NCBI RefSeq assembly: GCF_001194135.2
Contig: NC_068994.1
Location: forward strand, 32,672,625-32,736,624
Length of the DNA: 64,000 bases
Source: Octopus bimaculoides
Lineage: Eukaryota
Direction of reading: 5' to 3'
Within the stretch, counting starts at the first letter, position 1. Each line of letters begins with the position of its first letter. Position numbers and translations under genes: made by a program. Of the stretch, positions 52,190-63,399 are shown piece after piece. The notes beneath the pieces were generated by a model, which saw nothing but the letters and a program-made list of their open reading frames with translations, had not been told where the DNA came from and made no database searches.

Positions 52190-53140
52190 GAGTGATGGTA
52201 GTGGTTGTAGTGGTGGTGGTGGTGGTGGTGGTGATTCTAAATTAAGTGTTAGTGGTTGTGTAATAATGGTGGTGGCGGTGAGAGGGGTGTGAGGGTTGGG
52301 GTGGTAGTGAATGTTGTAAATTAAGTGGTAGTGTTGGTGTATGCGTGGTGGTGGTGGTGGTGTAGGATAGGGTGGTACTGATGTCGGCAGTAATGGTGCT
52401 GGTAGTGGTGGTTGTGTGGTTGTGGTGGTGGTAGTATATGTATTGGTAGTTGTTAAGTGGTGGTGGTGGTTTTAAAAATGTGGAAAGTGGTAGTAATAGC
52501 AGTTGTGAATGTGTAGTAGTTATAGTGGTAGTTGTCATAGTTGCAATAGTGGTTGTGGTTTAGGTGGTAGTTGTAATGGTGTTAATGGTGCTGGTGATTG
52601 TAGCAAGGGTGGTTGTAGCTTGGGTGCTGGTGACTGTAGTGGTGGTGGTTGTAGTTTTGGTGGTAGTTGTGGTGATGTTTGTGCTGATGGTAATTGTAGT
52701 GGTGGTGGTTGACGTTTTGGTGGTAATTGTGTTGGTGTTCACGATGCTGGTGATTGTAGTGGTGGTAGTTGTGGTTTTGGTAGTAGTTTTAGTGGTGTTT
52801 GTGGTGCTGGTGATTTTAGTGGTGATGGCTGTAGTTTTGGTAATAGTTTTAGTAGTGTTTGTGGTGCTGGTGATCTTAGTGGTGGTGGTTGTGGTTTTGG
52901 CAGTAGTTGTGTTGATGTTCATGGTGCTGGTGATTGTAGTGGTGGTAGTTGTGGTTTTGGTAGTAGTTTTAGTGGTGTTTGTGGTGCTGGTGATTTTAGT
53001 GGTGGATGGTTGTGGTTTTGGTGGTAGTTTTAGTGGTGTTTGTGGTGCTGGTGATTTTAGTGGTGGTGGTTGTGGTTGTGGCGGTAGTTGTGGTGGTGTT
53101 TGTGGTGCCAGTGATTGCAGTGTTAGTGGCTGTGGTTTTT
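52190..53140. repeat. GGT/GTA triplet-derived minisatellite with 60-bp higher-order period
   Basis: gtggtgctggtgat recurs at 52801, 52861, 52921 (variant), 52981 and 53042. Confidence 0.9.
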
Positions 53141-53230
53141 GTGGAAGATTGGAAATGAAGTACACTGCTAGCATGTCTTTCATGTACAACTACCATATAA
53201 AACCAAGGCAAGAAGACAGTAATACACACA

Positions 53231-53271
<41 letters not shown>

Positions 53272-53454
53272 ACACACATACAATGGACTTCTTTCAGTTT
53301 CCGTCTACCAAATCCACTCACAAGGCTTTGAGACTATAGTAGAAGATATTTGCCCAAGGCACAATGCAGTAGGACTGAACCTGGAACCATGTGGTTGGTA
53401 AGCAAGCTACTTACCACACAGCCACTCCTGTGCCTATATATATATATATATGAA

Positions 53455-53790
53455 AGAACATGGCTTGGTGGTTAGAACGTCAGGCTTACAATCGTGAGGT
53501 TGTGAGTTCCATTCTCAAACTGGGCTGTGTGTCGTGTTCTTGAGCAAGACACTTTATTCTACGAAGCTCCATTTCACACAGCTGTAGAAATGAATTGCAA
53601 TGTCTCTGGTGCTAAGCTGTATCAGCCTTTGCTTTTCCCTTGGGCAACATCAGTGGCACAGAGTGGGGAGACTGGTATGCACAGGTGACTGTTGGTCTTC
53701 TATAAGCAACCTTGCCCAGACTTGTGCTTCAGAGGGGAACTTTCTAGGTGCAATCCCATGATCATTCGTGATTGAAGTGGGGTCTTTACC
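53455..53790 (+). mobile_element. tRNA-derived SINE with CORE-like box and RTE-like tail (family B variant)
   Basis: catggcttggtggttag...gtgttcttgagcaagacac...caaccttgcccag...tttacccc. A related copy lies at about 1085-1375 on the minus strand. Confidence 0.7.
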
Positions 53791-53792
53791 CC

Positions 53793-53852
<60 letters not shown>

Positions 53853-53856
<4 letters not shown>

Positions 53857-53973
53857 AATAAGAAAGTGGAGAGGATACAAAATTGACAGACATCAGCCGA
53901 TGGAATAGACATACTAGAATGTTTACCGGCTGATGTCTGTCGATTTTGTATCCTCTCCACTCTCTTATTTGCC
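53853..53973. mobile_element. Fold-back MITE, 47-bp arms with 27-bp spacer, in a TA repeat
   Basis: ggcaaataagaaagtggagaggatacaaaattgacagacatcagccg and its reverse complement with 2 mismatches. Confidence 0.8.
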
Positions 53974-54154
53974 GTATAAATCAAGGTAAAACCACTTTTT
54001 ACCCTCGCTCATATATAACACTCAATTGCGAGCTTGCCATGCAATAACTAGGACTTGGGTAAGAATAATTGAGTACACTACCAGCAGTATAGTATATTGG
54101 ATAAGTACTGTCTCTTAGTTGGTTTCTTATCCTCTAACTCACACAGAAATATAT

Positions 54155-54835
54155 ATACTCTTTTACTCTTTTACCTGTTTCACTCATTTGACTGCAGCCA
54201 TGCTGGAGCACCGCCTTTAATCGAGCAAATTGACCCCAGGACTTAGTCTTTGGAAGCCTAGTACTTATTCTATTGGTCTCTTTTGCCGAACCGCTAAGTT
54301 ACAGGGATGTAAACACACCAGCACCGGTTATTAAGCGATGTTGGGGGGACAAACACAGACACACAAACATATACACACACATACATATATATATNNNNNN
54401 NNNNNNNNNNNNNNNNNNNNNNNNNNNNNNNNNNNNNNNNNNNNNNNNNNNNNNNNNNNNNNNNNNNNNNNNNNNNNNNNNNNNNNNNNNNNNNNNNNNN
54501 NNNNNNNNNNNNNNNNNNNNNNNNNNNNNNNNNNNNNNNNNNNNNNNNNNNNNNNNNNNNNNNNNNNNNNNNNNNNNNNNCCGGTTTCACCAGTCCTCAG
54601 TCAAGTCGTCCAACCCATGCTAGCATGGAAAGCGGACGTTAAACGATGATGATGATATATATATACACATATATACGACGGTCTTCTTTCAGTTTCAGTC
54701 TACCAAATCCACTCACAAGGCTTTGGTTGGCCCAAGGCTATAGTAGAAGACACTTGCCCAAGGTGCCACGCAGTGGGACTGAACCCAGAACCATGTGGTT
54801 GGTAAGCAAGCTACTTACCACACAGCCACTCCTAT
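54155..54835 (-). mobile_element. SINE family A split by a gap and an RTE-type tail
   Basis: Tail half at 54155-54394, RTE-type 3' end at 54581-54655, head half at 54670-54835. Confidence 0.7.
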
Positions 54836-54930
54836 ATGTATAGTTCAAATTTACAAAAAACTAAATATGAAGACAGGGGAAGGAACAACAAGCGGGTGTA
54901 TTGGTTTGATGCTCAAGAAGAACAGTAAAG

Positions 54931-54968
54931 TCTTTGATGTTTCAAGTCTACGCTCTTCAACAGAAAGG
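54931..54968 (-). ncRNA. Degenerate minimal hammerhead motif
   Basis: CCUUU-CUGUUGA-AGAG-CGUAGA-CUU-GAAAC-AUC-AAAGA. Stem I CUUU/AAAG pairs; core has A6U. Confidence 0.45.
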
Positions 54969-55576
54969 ATTGAGAGGGGAAAAAAGAGGAAAGAGAAAAA
55001 AGAAAGAATGGAGAGAGAAAAACATGTGTAGGGATTAATGGTTCAATGTGATGACAACAGGCTTTTTAAAGTTTTTGTCTACCAAATCCACTCGCAAGGC
55101 TTTGGCTGATCAGGGGCCTTAGTAGAAGACACTTGCTCAAGGTGCCACACAGTGTGACCGAACCCGAGACTGTGTGGCTGGGAAGCAAAACCTTTTACCA
55201 CACAGCCATGTCTGTGCAGGAGTCAAAATCAATTCCTCACTCAACCTGACTGCTTAGCAGACTCAACATCTTGTTCAATAACTCTGGCCATGTAATTCTA
55301 ACAGCAATGGAGATCATGACAACAACGATGATAACAAGAAGAAGAACAACAACAACAATAAATATATAAATAAATACATGAAAATGTAAAAGCTTCTTCT
55401 ATGTTGACATTAAATTTTGGTGTTTCTAAACAAGTAATTTACACAGAAATATCTCCAGTCACATTCTGTAAATAATGGTAAAAGTTCTGCTACAATGCCA
55501 AATGTCTTACTTATTACATTAACTCAATGCTTTTGCTTTCAGCTTTTTTTTTATTACTTTAATACAGTGTTTTGTT

Positions 55577-55623
<47 letters not shown>

Positions 55624-56509
55624 NNNNNNNNNNNNNNNNNNNNNNNNNNNNNNNNNNNNNNNNNNNNNNNNNNNNNNNNNNNNNNNNNNNNNNNNNNNNN
55701 NNNNNNNNNNNNNNNNNNNNNNNNNNNNNNNNNNNNNNNNNNNNNNNNNNNNNNNNNNNNNNNNNNNNNNNNNNNNNNNNNNNNNNNNNNNNNNNNNNNN
55801 NNNNNNNNNNNNNNNNNNNNNNNNNNNNNNNNNNNNNNNNNNNNNNNNNNNNNNNNNNNNNNNNNNNNNNNNNNNNNNNNNNNNNNNNNNNNNNNNNNNN
55901 NNNNNNNNNNNNNNNNNNNNNNNNNNNNNNNNNNNNNNNNNNNNNNNNNNNNNNNNNNNNNNNNNNNNNNNNNNNNNNNNNNNNNNNNNNNNNNNNNNNN
56001 NNNNNNNNNNNNNNNNNNNNNNNNNNNNNNNNNNNNNNNNNNNNNNNNNNNNNNNNNNNNNNNNNNNNNNNNNNNNNNNNNNNNNNNNNNNNNNNNNNNN
56101 NNNNNNNNNNNNNNNNNNNNNNNNNNNNNNNNNNNNNNNNNNNNNNNNNNNNNNNNNNNNNNNNNNNNNNNNNNNNNNNNNNNNNNNNNNNNNNNNNNNN
56201 NNNNNNNNNNNNNNNNNNNNNNNNNNNNNNNNNNNNNNNNNNNNNNNNNNNNNNNNNNNNNNNNNNNNNNNNNNNNNNNNNNNNNNNNNNNNNNNNNNNN
56301 NNNNNNNNNNNNNNNNNNNNNNNNNNNNNNNNNNNNNNNNNNNNNNNNNNNNNNNNNNNNNNNNNNNNNNNNNNNNNNNNTATGTATAAACACAACATCC
56401 ATTACAACCTTTACTTTTTATCTTCCTCTCCCTCTCTCCACTACTCCCCCTCACTCTCTTATCCAACTTTTCTCCACCTACAACAATCTTTATGATGATT
56501 GAATTTACA

Positions 56510-57520
56510 TCTACCTCACGCCACCACCAGCACCACCACTGACACCACCACCGCCACCACTACCTTTGCTCCCTTGTTTTATTGTTATTTTTCTCTTTGG
56601 ATGTTGTCTTTTAGGTTTGTGGGGCTCTGTACACGATGCGCGGAGAGTAAGTGGGGAGTGAGGGGAGTGGTGGTGGGTTACTTTCTGACGTGTGCCATGA
56701 ACTGGGAATTTTCTTGAGATTAACCACCACTGCTACCAGCGCTGATACCACCACCACCACCATCACCACCAGAATGACTATGATGACCACAAACACTATT
56801 GAGACCACTACCATCACCTACACCATCATCTTCACCAAGAACACCATCATGCCACTACTGATACCACTACTACCATCCACTCCCACCACCCCCAGTACTT
56901 CCACCAAAACCACCACCACCACTGTTGTTACCAACACCACCAACACCACTGTCATCATCGTCATCACCAGTACTACCACTAAGACTACCACAACCACCAC
57001 CACTGCCACCATCACCACCATCACCACCACATCATCACTGGGAACATCACACCACTGCTGCTGCATTGCCATCATCAGCACCACCACCATCACCATCATT
57101 ACCAAGACCACCACCACCACTGCCAACACCACCATCATCACCAAGGACACAACCATCACCACCACCATCATCATCATCACCTGTACTACCACCAAGACCA
57201 CTACAACTTTGACCACCACCACCACCATCATCATCATCCCCATCCACTCCCACACCACCATTATCGTTATCACCAACACTACCACCAAGACCATCACAAC
57301 GATGACCACTACCACCAACACCACCACACCCACCACCACTACCAACACCACCATCATCACCAAGATCACTAGCACCACCACCACTACCATCATCGCCCCC
57401 ATGCATCCCCACTACCAACACAACCACCACCACAACCACCACCACTACCAACACCACTACCACTTCCATCATCCACCACCATCACCACTACCACTACCAA
57501 CCGCCTCAACCGCCAACAGC
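56510..57520. repeat. ACC/ATC triplet low-complexity tract
   Basis: Continuous degenerate (ACC)n. Confidence 0.9.
56615..56646 (+). other. Candidate 32-nt plus-strand (antisense) micro-exon
   Basis: ttttctctttggatgttgtcttttag|GTTTGTGGGGCTCTGTACACGATGCGCGGAGA|gtaagt. Confidence 0.3.
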
Positions 57521-57856
57521 AACAAAAAGACAAGTGAGTGTAAAAACAAAGGAGTTTTTGTGGGGTAGGGGTTGATGGTTGGGTGGAAGAGCGTTTGGTT
57601 GATAAGGTATCTGTTTGATTCTACACCTAGGGATTTTTATGAAGTTGTTTTTCATCAAAAACGCAAGGTCAGTGCGAGGGGTATTAAACTGAGCTAAGGG
57701 ACATAACTCACTGCTATATACTTCCCTTAGATCTTCTACAACAACAATTACAACAACAAGGATTTATTGTTTCTAATAAAAGTAATCTTTTATCTTTCGC
57801 TTGTTTCACTCACTGGACTGTGGCCATGATGGGGCACCACCTTGAAGGGTTTAGTC

Positions 57857-58026
57857 CAGGCATGGGCAACTGTTTATGAGAAACGAGCCACGTGAGACAT
57901 GGTTCTTAATCAGACCAGCTGCTCTATTAAAAAGATGAATAAGGGTAATAATTTTGTATTAGGCATGCTGTTCGGGAGGTCCAGCTGGCTGTATGCGGCC
58001 CACGATCCACAGTGTGTCTGTGGCTG
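57857..58026. mobile_element. hAT-type MITE nested in a family A SINE tail
   Basis: caggcatgggcaac ... ctgtggctg; TSD gtttagtc / gtttagat (6 of 8 match). Confidence 0.55.
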
Positions 58027-58180
58027 GTTTAGATAAACAAATTGCCCCCAGTACTTACTCTATTGGTCTCTTTTGCCAAACTACTAAGTTATGGGGATGT
58101 AAACAAACCAGCACTGGTAGTCAAATGGCAGGGTAGGGGTAACAAACATAAATACACACACACACGTGTCAGTGTGTGCT

Positions 58181-58223
<43 letters not shown>

Positions 58224-59844
58224 TTATATATATATACATATATATATATATCATCATCATCGTTTAACATNNNNNNNNNNNNNNNNNNNNNNNNNNNNNN
58301 NNNNNNNNNNNNNNNNNNNNNNNNNNNNNNNNNNNNNNNNNNNNNNNNNNNNNNNNNNNNNNNNNNNNNNNNNNNNNNNNNNNNNNNNNNNNNNNNNNNN
58401 NNNNNNNNNNNNNNNNNNNNNNNNNNNNNNNNNNNNNNNNNNNNNNNNNNNNNNNNNNNNNNNNNNNNNNNNNNNNNNNNNNNNNNNNNNNNNNNNNNNN
58501 NNNNNNNNNNNNNNNNNNNNNNNNNNNNNNNNNNNNNNNNNNNNNNNNNNNNNNNNNNNNNNNNNNNNNNNNNNNNNNNNNNNNNNNNNNNNNNNNNNNN
58601 NNNNNNNNNNNNNNNNNNNNNNNNNNNNNNNNNNNNNNNNNNNNNNNNNNNNNNNNNNNNNNNNNNNNNNNNNNNNNNNNNNNNNNNNNNNNNNNNNNNN
58701 NNNNNNNNNNNNNNNNNNNNNNNNNNNNNNNNNNNNNNNNNNNNNNNNNNNNNNNNNNNNNNNNNNNNNNNNNNNNNNNNNNNNNNNNNNNCACTCTCTG
58801 AGTGGTTGGCGTTAGGAAGGGCATCCAGCTGTAGAAACTCTGCCAAATCAGACTGGAGCCTGGTGTTGCCATCCGGTTTCATCAGTCCTCAGTCAAATCG
58901 TCCAACCCATGCTAGCATGGAAAGCGGACGTTAAACGATGATGATGATGATGATGATGATATATATATATATACCTATACCATCAGTGGTGGCTGTCCAT
59001 TGTTGGTCAAAGTTGTGGACAGTAACTAATAAGGCAGTTGGCATCATTCCTCCCATCAGACTGCATCTCTGGGCCTCGACACCATGTGCCAAGTGGTGTA
59101 CAAATGATGACGCTGCCCTGCCGCCCAAACAGCTCACTTGTTAGTTGACGTCCATCTGTTGTCTAAGGGAACAGATCTTCCATTTGGTTGTAATAAACCC
59201 CAAGCCACTGGTCTAGAACCCCCTACTCTGAAATTACTGGCCTTGTGCCAAAATTTGACATCAATGCTATTAGGGTCTATAAGGTGGCAAGCTGTCAGAA
59301 TGGTTAGCACACCCAGCAAAATGCTTGGTGGCCTGTCATCCGTATTTACATTCTGAGTTCAGATTCCATTAAGGTCAACTTTCGTTCTTCCAGGTTTGAT
59401 AAAATAATTACCAGTTGAGCACTGGGGTCGATGTTATTAATGTACCTCCTCCCTCAAAACTGCTGGCTTTGTGCTATGGTTTGAAATCAATATAATCAGG
59501 GCCTATGGATAATTTCCAAAAGTTATAATGATTATTTTGTTTTTGTATTTTTATTTGGGTTGCAGACCAGCCTCAGATGAATTGTCCAAAACAATAGCAA
59601 CAACAAGGTGGGCCTCTATAGGTTCACTTGATCTGCAAGAAATAGCAACCAAATGTCTCCCAAATTATATGCCATTGCCTTGAAAAATCAGGTACCAGCT
59701 GGATGAGGTAGTCCTAGATACACAATGTTTGAAAGAGTGACAGCAATAAAACCACCACCACCACCAATGCAAGAACAATGCCATCATCAACTTAAATACT
59801 TATTTTTTGGATGTTACCTGAAATGGCCAAAGATTGGGGGGAGG

Positions 59845-59955
<111 letters not shown>

Positions 59956-60214
59956 GCATTTCATAGCTGCAGATTACAAACATAGAACACATGCACACAC
60001 ACACACATGCATCAAATTAAGACTATTTCCCATTCTATTTAGTGGTGACTTCATTACAAGAGCGAAGGAAGACGTGTCCTAGCAACAGCATTTTATTAAT
60101 CAAAACCATAACACTTCACTACAAACCTCACTTAACCAACCAAACTCGTCCTTGCAAGGAGAGGACTTGTGTAGCTTATGAGTGCTAACATACAAACTTT
60201 CCTTATAGACATAA

Positions 60215-60436
60215 CCCTTTAGCATTTTAACCAGCCATATCTGGCTCAAATATTCTACCTGGTTTATATTTAAACTAGCCAGATCCTAACTTTCACACAT
60301 ATCCTATAATGTTATATTAAAAATAAACAAAGCACATTATCGAAATCTCAAAGCGACAAGATAATGCATGGTTAATTCAAAATAATGTAAATAAAAGAGT
60401 CTTTACATTTGACAGAATAATGTGAATGCTAAAGGG
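60215..60436. mobile_element. piggyBac-like MITE just 3' of the Pcdh stop
   Basis: TIR ccctttagcatt / aatgctaaaggg flanked by ataa / ttaa. Confidence 0.7.
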
Positions 60437-60471
60437 TTAAAAAAAAAACACAAAGAAGAGAAGATCAAAGC

Positions 60472-62928
60472 TCAAAATGGATTATTACTTACTGGATGTG
60501 TCCCCTCTGTTGTAGCTTGACAGTGTATTCCAGAGGCAGAAACTTTCCTGGATTCCAGACTTGAGTCAAGCCCAGAGTGTGAATCAGCACAAAAGTCTGA
60601 CATGTGAGCTTTTTCATACTTTCCTATATCTGGTACAGCCACTGGAGTTCCACTCTGAGAAGTCATCTCGTCTGTGTAAAATTTTAGTTGTCTGCTTTCA
60701 TCCACAAATTCACTGGTGTTAGCAAAGTGTGCCGCCCTCTGGTTATTTCTGCGTACTATGCACATGGTAATGGAGACAACAATTGCGATGGACACAATGA
60801 GAATGGCCACTAGTATTATAATAAACAAATTGATGTGGATTTTTTTGTCTGATTTAGAATAGACAGTAGTCATTAATTTGGTTGTTTTATTGCTCACTGT
60901 TAGCATCAAAGACATTGTAGTCTTGGCAGAAAGCACGGGTGTTCCACTGTCTTTGACAACAAACTGGAGCTCATAGGAGCCGGCATCATTTTGATAAACA
61001 GTACGTGAAAATGATAGAACACCGCTGTAAGGATTAACAGTAAAAAGCTGCTTATCATTGCCACTTAGAATTTCGTATTTCAGAAAGGCATTCTCATAAC
61101 TATCCCTATCTGATGCTTTCAGAACTGTGATATCATTCTTGCTTTGTGGATGGTAGTGGACATCTAAACTGAAAGGGTTAACACTAGGAAAGCTGAAATA
61201 TGGTGCGTTGTCATTCTCATCCATCACTTCAACAATCACATTAGCTGTGTTGTTAAGGGACGGTGTACCATTGTCTTTTACTAAAACTTTGAATTCATAA
61301 ACGTCCTGTTGTTCTCGATCTAATGATTCAGTAGTTAGAATAAATCCGAAATCCGAAATTTGGAAAGGAAATAAATGGTTCTTGCTTTGCTCCAGATAAA
61401 AACTCAATTGACCTCCCAAGCCTTCATCTTGGTCTGTTGCATTGATAAAACCAACTGGGAAATTTATTTTCTCATTTTCATAGGTCAGAAATCTAAAAGT
61501 GTCCTTCGTAAACTGTGGTCGTACATCATTGACATCCATCACTTGCACAGAGAAAGAATTTTCTGTGTGTAGGGGAGGGGAGCCTTTATCTCGGCAAGTA
61601 ATGGTAAAATCAATAGAATGTTCGCGTTCTCTGTCGACAAGATTTTTTATGACTACTTTGTATTTATTTCTTCCTAAGCTCTGAAGCTGGACTTTATCAT
61701 GGTAAAGGTCACAGCTGACCTCACCGTTCTGTCCACTGTCATTATCAGTAACTTTTACATAGGCAATGAAACTGCCAATTTTGATTCCTTCAGAAATGGT
61801 AACTGTGTCTCCAGTGGATTCTGAAAAGAAGTTAACTTCCACCGAGGGAGCATTGTTATGTTGGTTGATGATATTTATCAAAACAATTGCGGTCGAACTG
61901 AGCGGTGGACTGCCATTGTCACTTGCTTCAATAAACAGTTTATATGTCCGTCTTTTTTCCAAACTAAATTTATTGTTCAGAAATATCTCGCCTGTTATTG
62001 GATCGAGCCGAAAATAAGTCTTTGTCAAATTTGATGTTTTCGAATTAATGTGAAATAAAAATTTACCATTTTTACCAGAATCAAGGTCTGTTGCAGACAT
62101 AGTAACAAGTGGTGTATCAAAGTGATGTGTATTTTCAAGAGAGACATTATAAATATTCTTTGAGAAGACGGGAGGGTTATCATTAAGATCAGCTACGTTT
62201 ATATGAATATCCAAAAAACCTTGCCTCGAAGGGGTGCCTCCATCTCTTGCTTTAACTCTCATATTATAAATATCTTTTATTTCTCTGTCTAAACTTACGT
62301 CTAAAACAATTCCTAATTTGGCAGTGCCATCAACTTTTTTGCTAACAGATAATTTAAATGGATCATCAACATTTCTTTCCAGCATGTACGTAATTTGTGA
62401 ATTCAGAATGCCGACATCTCTGTCAATAGCATTTGGTATAAACTTTACCATACCCTTCTTATCTCCTTCGTCAAACTGGAGGGTTATGTTTTTAACAGGA
62501 AATTCAGGTTGATGGTCATTAATATCATTTATAATAACTTTCACTTCCAATATCTTAATAAATGAATCCATATTTTGCACAGCAACATCGACAATTCTAT
62601 AGCATTCACTGTTATATTTACATAATGTCTCAGCATCTAGTGTTTTGGCAGTATACAGCTCACCACTCTTAGACACATTAAACATTTCAGTACTCCGACC
62701 TTTGCCTTTCTTTAAATTGCTGAACGTAACCATTTTATAGTCAAGAAGATGCGTATCAGCTGCAATGTTTCCTATATAAGTGCCTGGCAGTTTTTGTTCA
62801 TCCACATGGTAGGTAACATCCAAACACTGGGCACCAATAAATATAAAAATTAGCAGCCACAAGTTAACGAGCTTGCTGTTGTTATTGCACAGGAACACCA
62901 ACAAAGGAATATGCAGAGAACACTCCAT
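60472..62928 (-). CDS. Pcdh: Protocadherin, large exon: signal peptide, 6 EC repeats, TM, partial cytoplasmic tail (818 aa unspliced; 812 aa if spliced at 60493)
   Basis: Uninterrupted ORF with cadherin motifs DINDHQP, LDRE (x3), DLNDNPP, DVNDVRP, DENDNAP and AxDxD/xDxGxP in each repeat. EC1 has a CX5C loop (C103-C109) typical of protocadherins. TM segment INLFIIILVAILIVSIAIVVSITMCIV is followed by RRNN. Orthology within the family cannot be assigned. Confidence 0.97.
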   Translation of the reverse strand: MECSLHIPLLVFLCNNNSKLVNLWLLIFIFIGAQCLDVTYHVDEQKLPGTYIGNIAADTHLLDYKMVTFSNLKKGKGRSTEMFNVSKSGELYTAKTLDAETLCKYNSECYRIVDVAVQNMDSFIKILEVKVIINDINDHQPEFPVKNITLQFDEGDKKGMVKFIPNAIDRDVGILNSQITYMLERNVDDPFKLSVSKKVDGTAKLGIVLDVSLDREIKDIYNMRVKARDGGTPSRQGFLDIHINVADLNDNPPVFSKNIYNVSLENTHHFDTPLVTMSATDLDSGKNGKFLFHINSKTSNLTKTYFRLDPITGEIFLNNKFSLEKRRTYKLFIEASDNGSPPLSSTAIVLINIINQHNNAPSVEVNFFSESTGDTVTISEGIKIGSFIAYVKVTDNDSGQNGEVSCDLYHDKVQLQSLGRNKYKVVIKNLVDREREHSIDFTITCRDKGSPPLHTENSFSVQVMDVNDVRPQFTKDTFRFLTYENEKINFPVGFINATDQDEGLGGQLSFYLEQSKNHLFPFQISDFGFILTTESLDREQQDVYEFKVLVKDNGTPSLNNTANVIVEVMDENDNAPYFSFPSVNPFSLDVHYHPQSKNDITVLKASDRDSYENAFLKYEILSGNDKQLFTVNPYSGVLSFSRTVYQNDAGSYELQFVVKDSGTPVLSAKTTMSLMLTVSNKTTKLMTTVYSKSDKKIHINLFIIILVAILIVSIAIVVSITMCIVRRNNQRAAHFANTSEFVDESRQLKFYTDEMTSQSGTPVAVPDIGKYEKAHMSDFCADSHSGLDSSLESRKVSASGIHCQATTEGTHPVSNNPF
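60487..60495 (-). promoter_or_regulatory. Phase-0 5' splice site at the end of the Pcdh large exon
   Basis: Minus strand reads ACA CAT CCA|GTAAGT. The ORF runs on only VSNNPF* past this site. Confidence 0.75.
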
Positions 62929-62931
62929 TAT

Positions 62932-62955
62932 CTGAAATTAGAAAGAAAAAATATA
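62932..62955 (-). promoter_or_regulatory. 3' splice site of a 5'UTR intron, 3 nt upstream of the Pcdh ATG
   Basis: Minus strand reads ttttttctttctaatttcag|ATAATG; the AG is at 62933-62932. Confidence 0.8.
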
Positions 62956-63006
62956 TGTACATATATATTCATATAAAAATATACACCAACACATACATAT
63001 GAGTTG

Positions 63007-63399
63007 TTGTTGTTGTTGTTGGTACTCCGTCGCTTATGACGTCAAGGGTTCCAGTTGATCCGATCAACGGAACAGCCTGCTCGTGAAATTAACGTGCAAG
63101 TGGCTGAGCACTCCACAGACATGTGTACCCTTAACGTAGTTCTCGGGGATATTCAGTGTGACACAGTGTGACAAGGCTGACTCTTTGAATTACAGGTACA
63201 ACAGAAACAGGAAGTAAGAGTGAGAGAAAGTTGTGGTGAAAGAGTACAGCAGGGTTCGCCACCATCCCCTGCTGGAGCCTCATGGAGCTTTTAGGTGTTT
63301 CCGCTCAATAAACACTCACAACGCCAGGTCTGGGAATCGAAACCGCGATCCTATGACCGCAAGTCCGCTGCCCTAACCACTGGACCATTACGCCTCCAC
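63007..63399 (-). mobile_element. Full-length tRNA-derived SINE (octopus OK/Ceph-like) with (AAC)n tail
   Basis: Head GGAGGCGTAATGGTCCAGTGG (A box) and GGTTTCGATTCC (B box). 8-bp TSD atgagttg at 62999-63006 and 63400-63407. Confidence 0.85.

Noticed and set aside
56651-57568. 305-aa Thr-rich mucin-like ORF (and 52560-53189 on the minus strand)
   Set aside because: Triplet repeats lack stops in several frames on both strands, there is a 1-nt shift near 53005, and there is no signal peptide or domain. Treated as minisatellite.
1691-58934. Long ORFs made mostly of X in the supplied track
   Set aside because: They are open only because they span N gaps.
63320-63399. tRNA-like sequence
   Set aside because: SINE head with body, tail and TSD; no complete acceptor stem. 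No true tRNA or rRNA gene was seen in the window.
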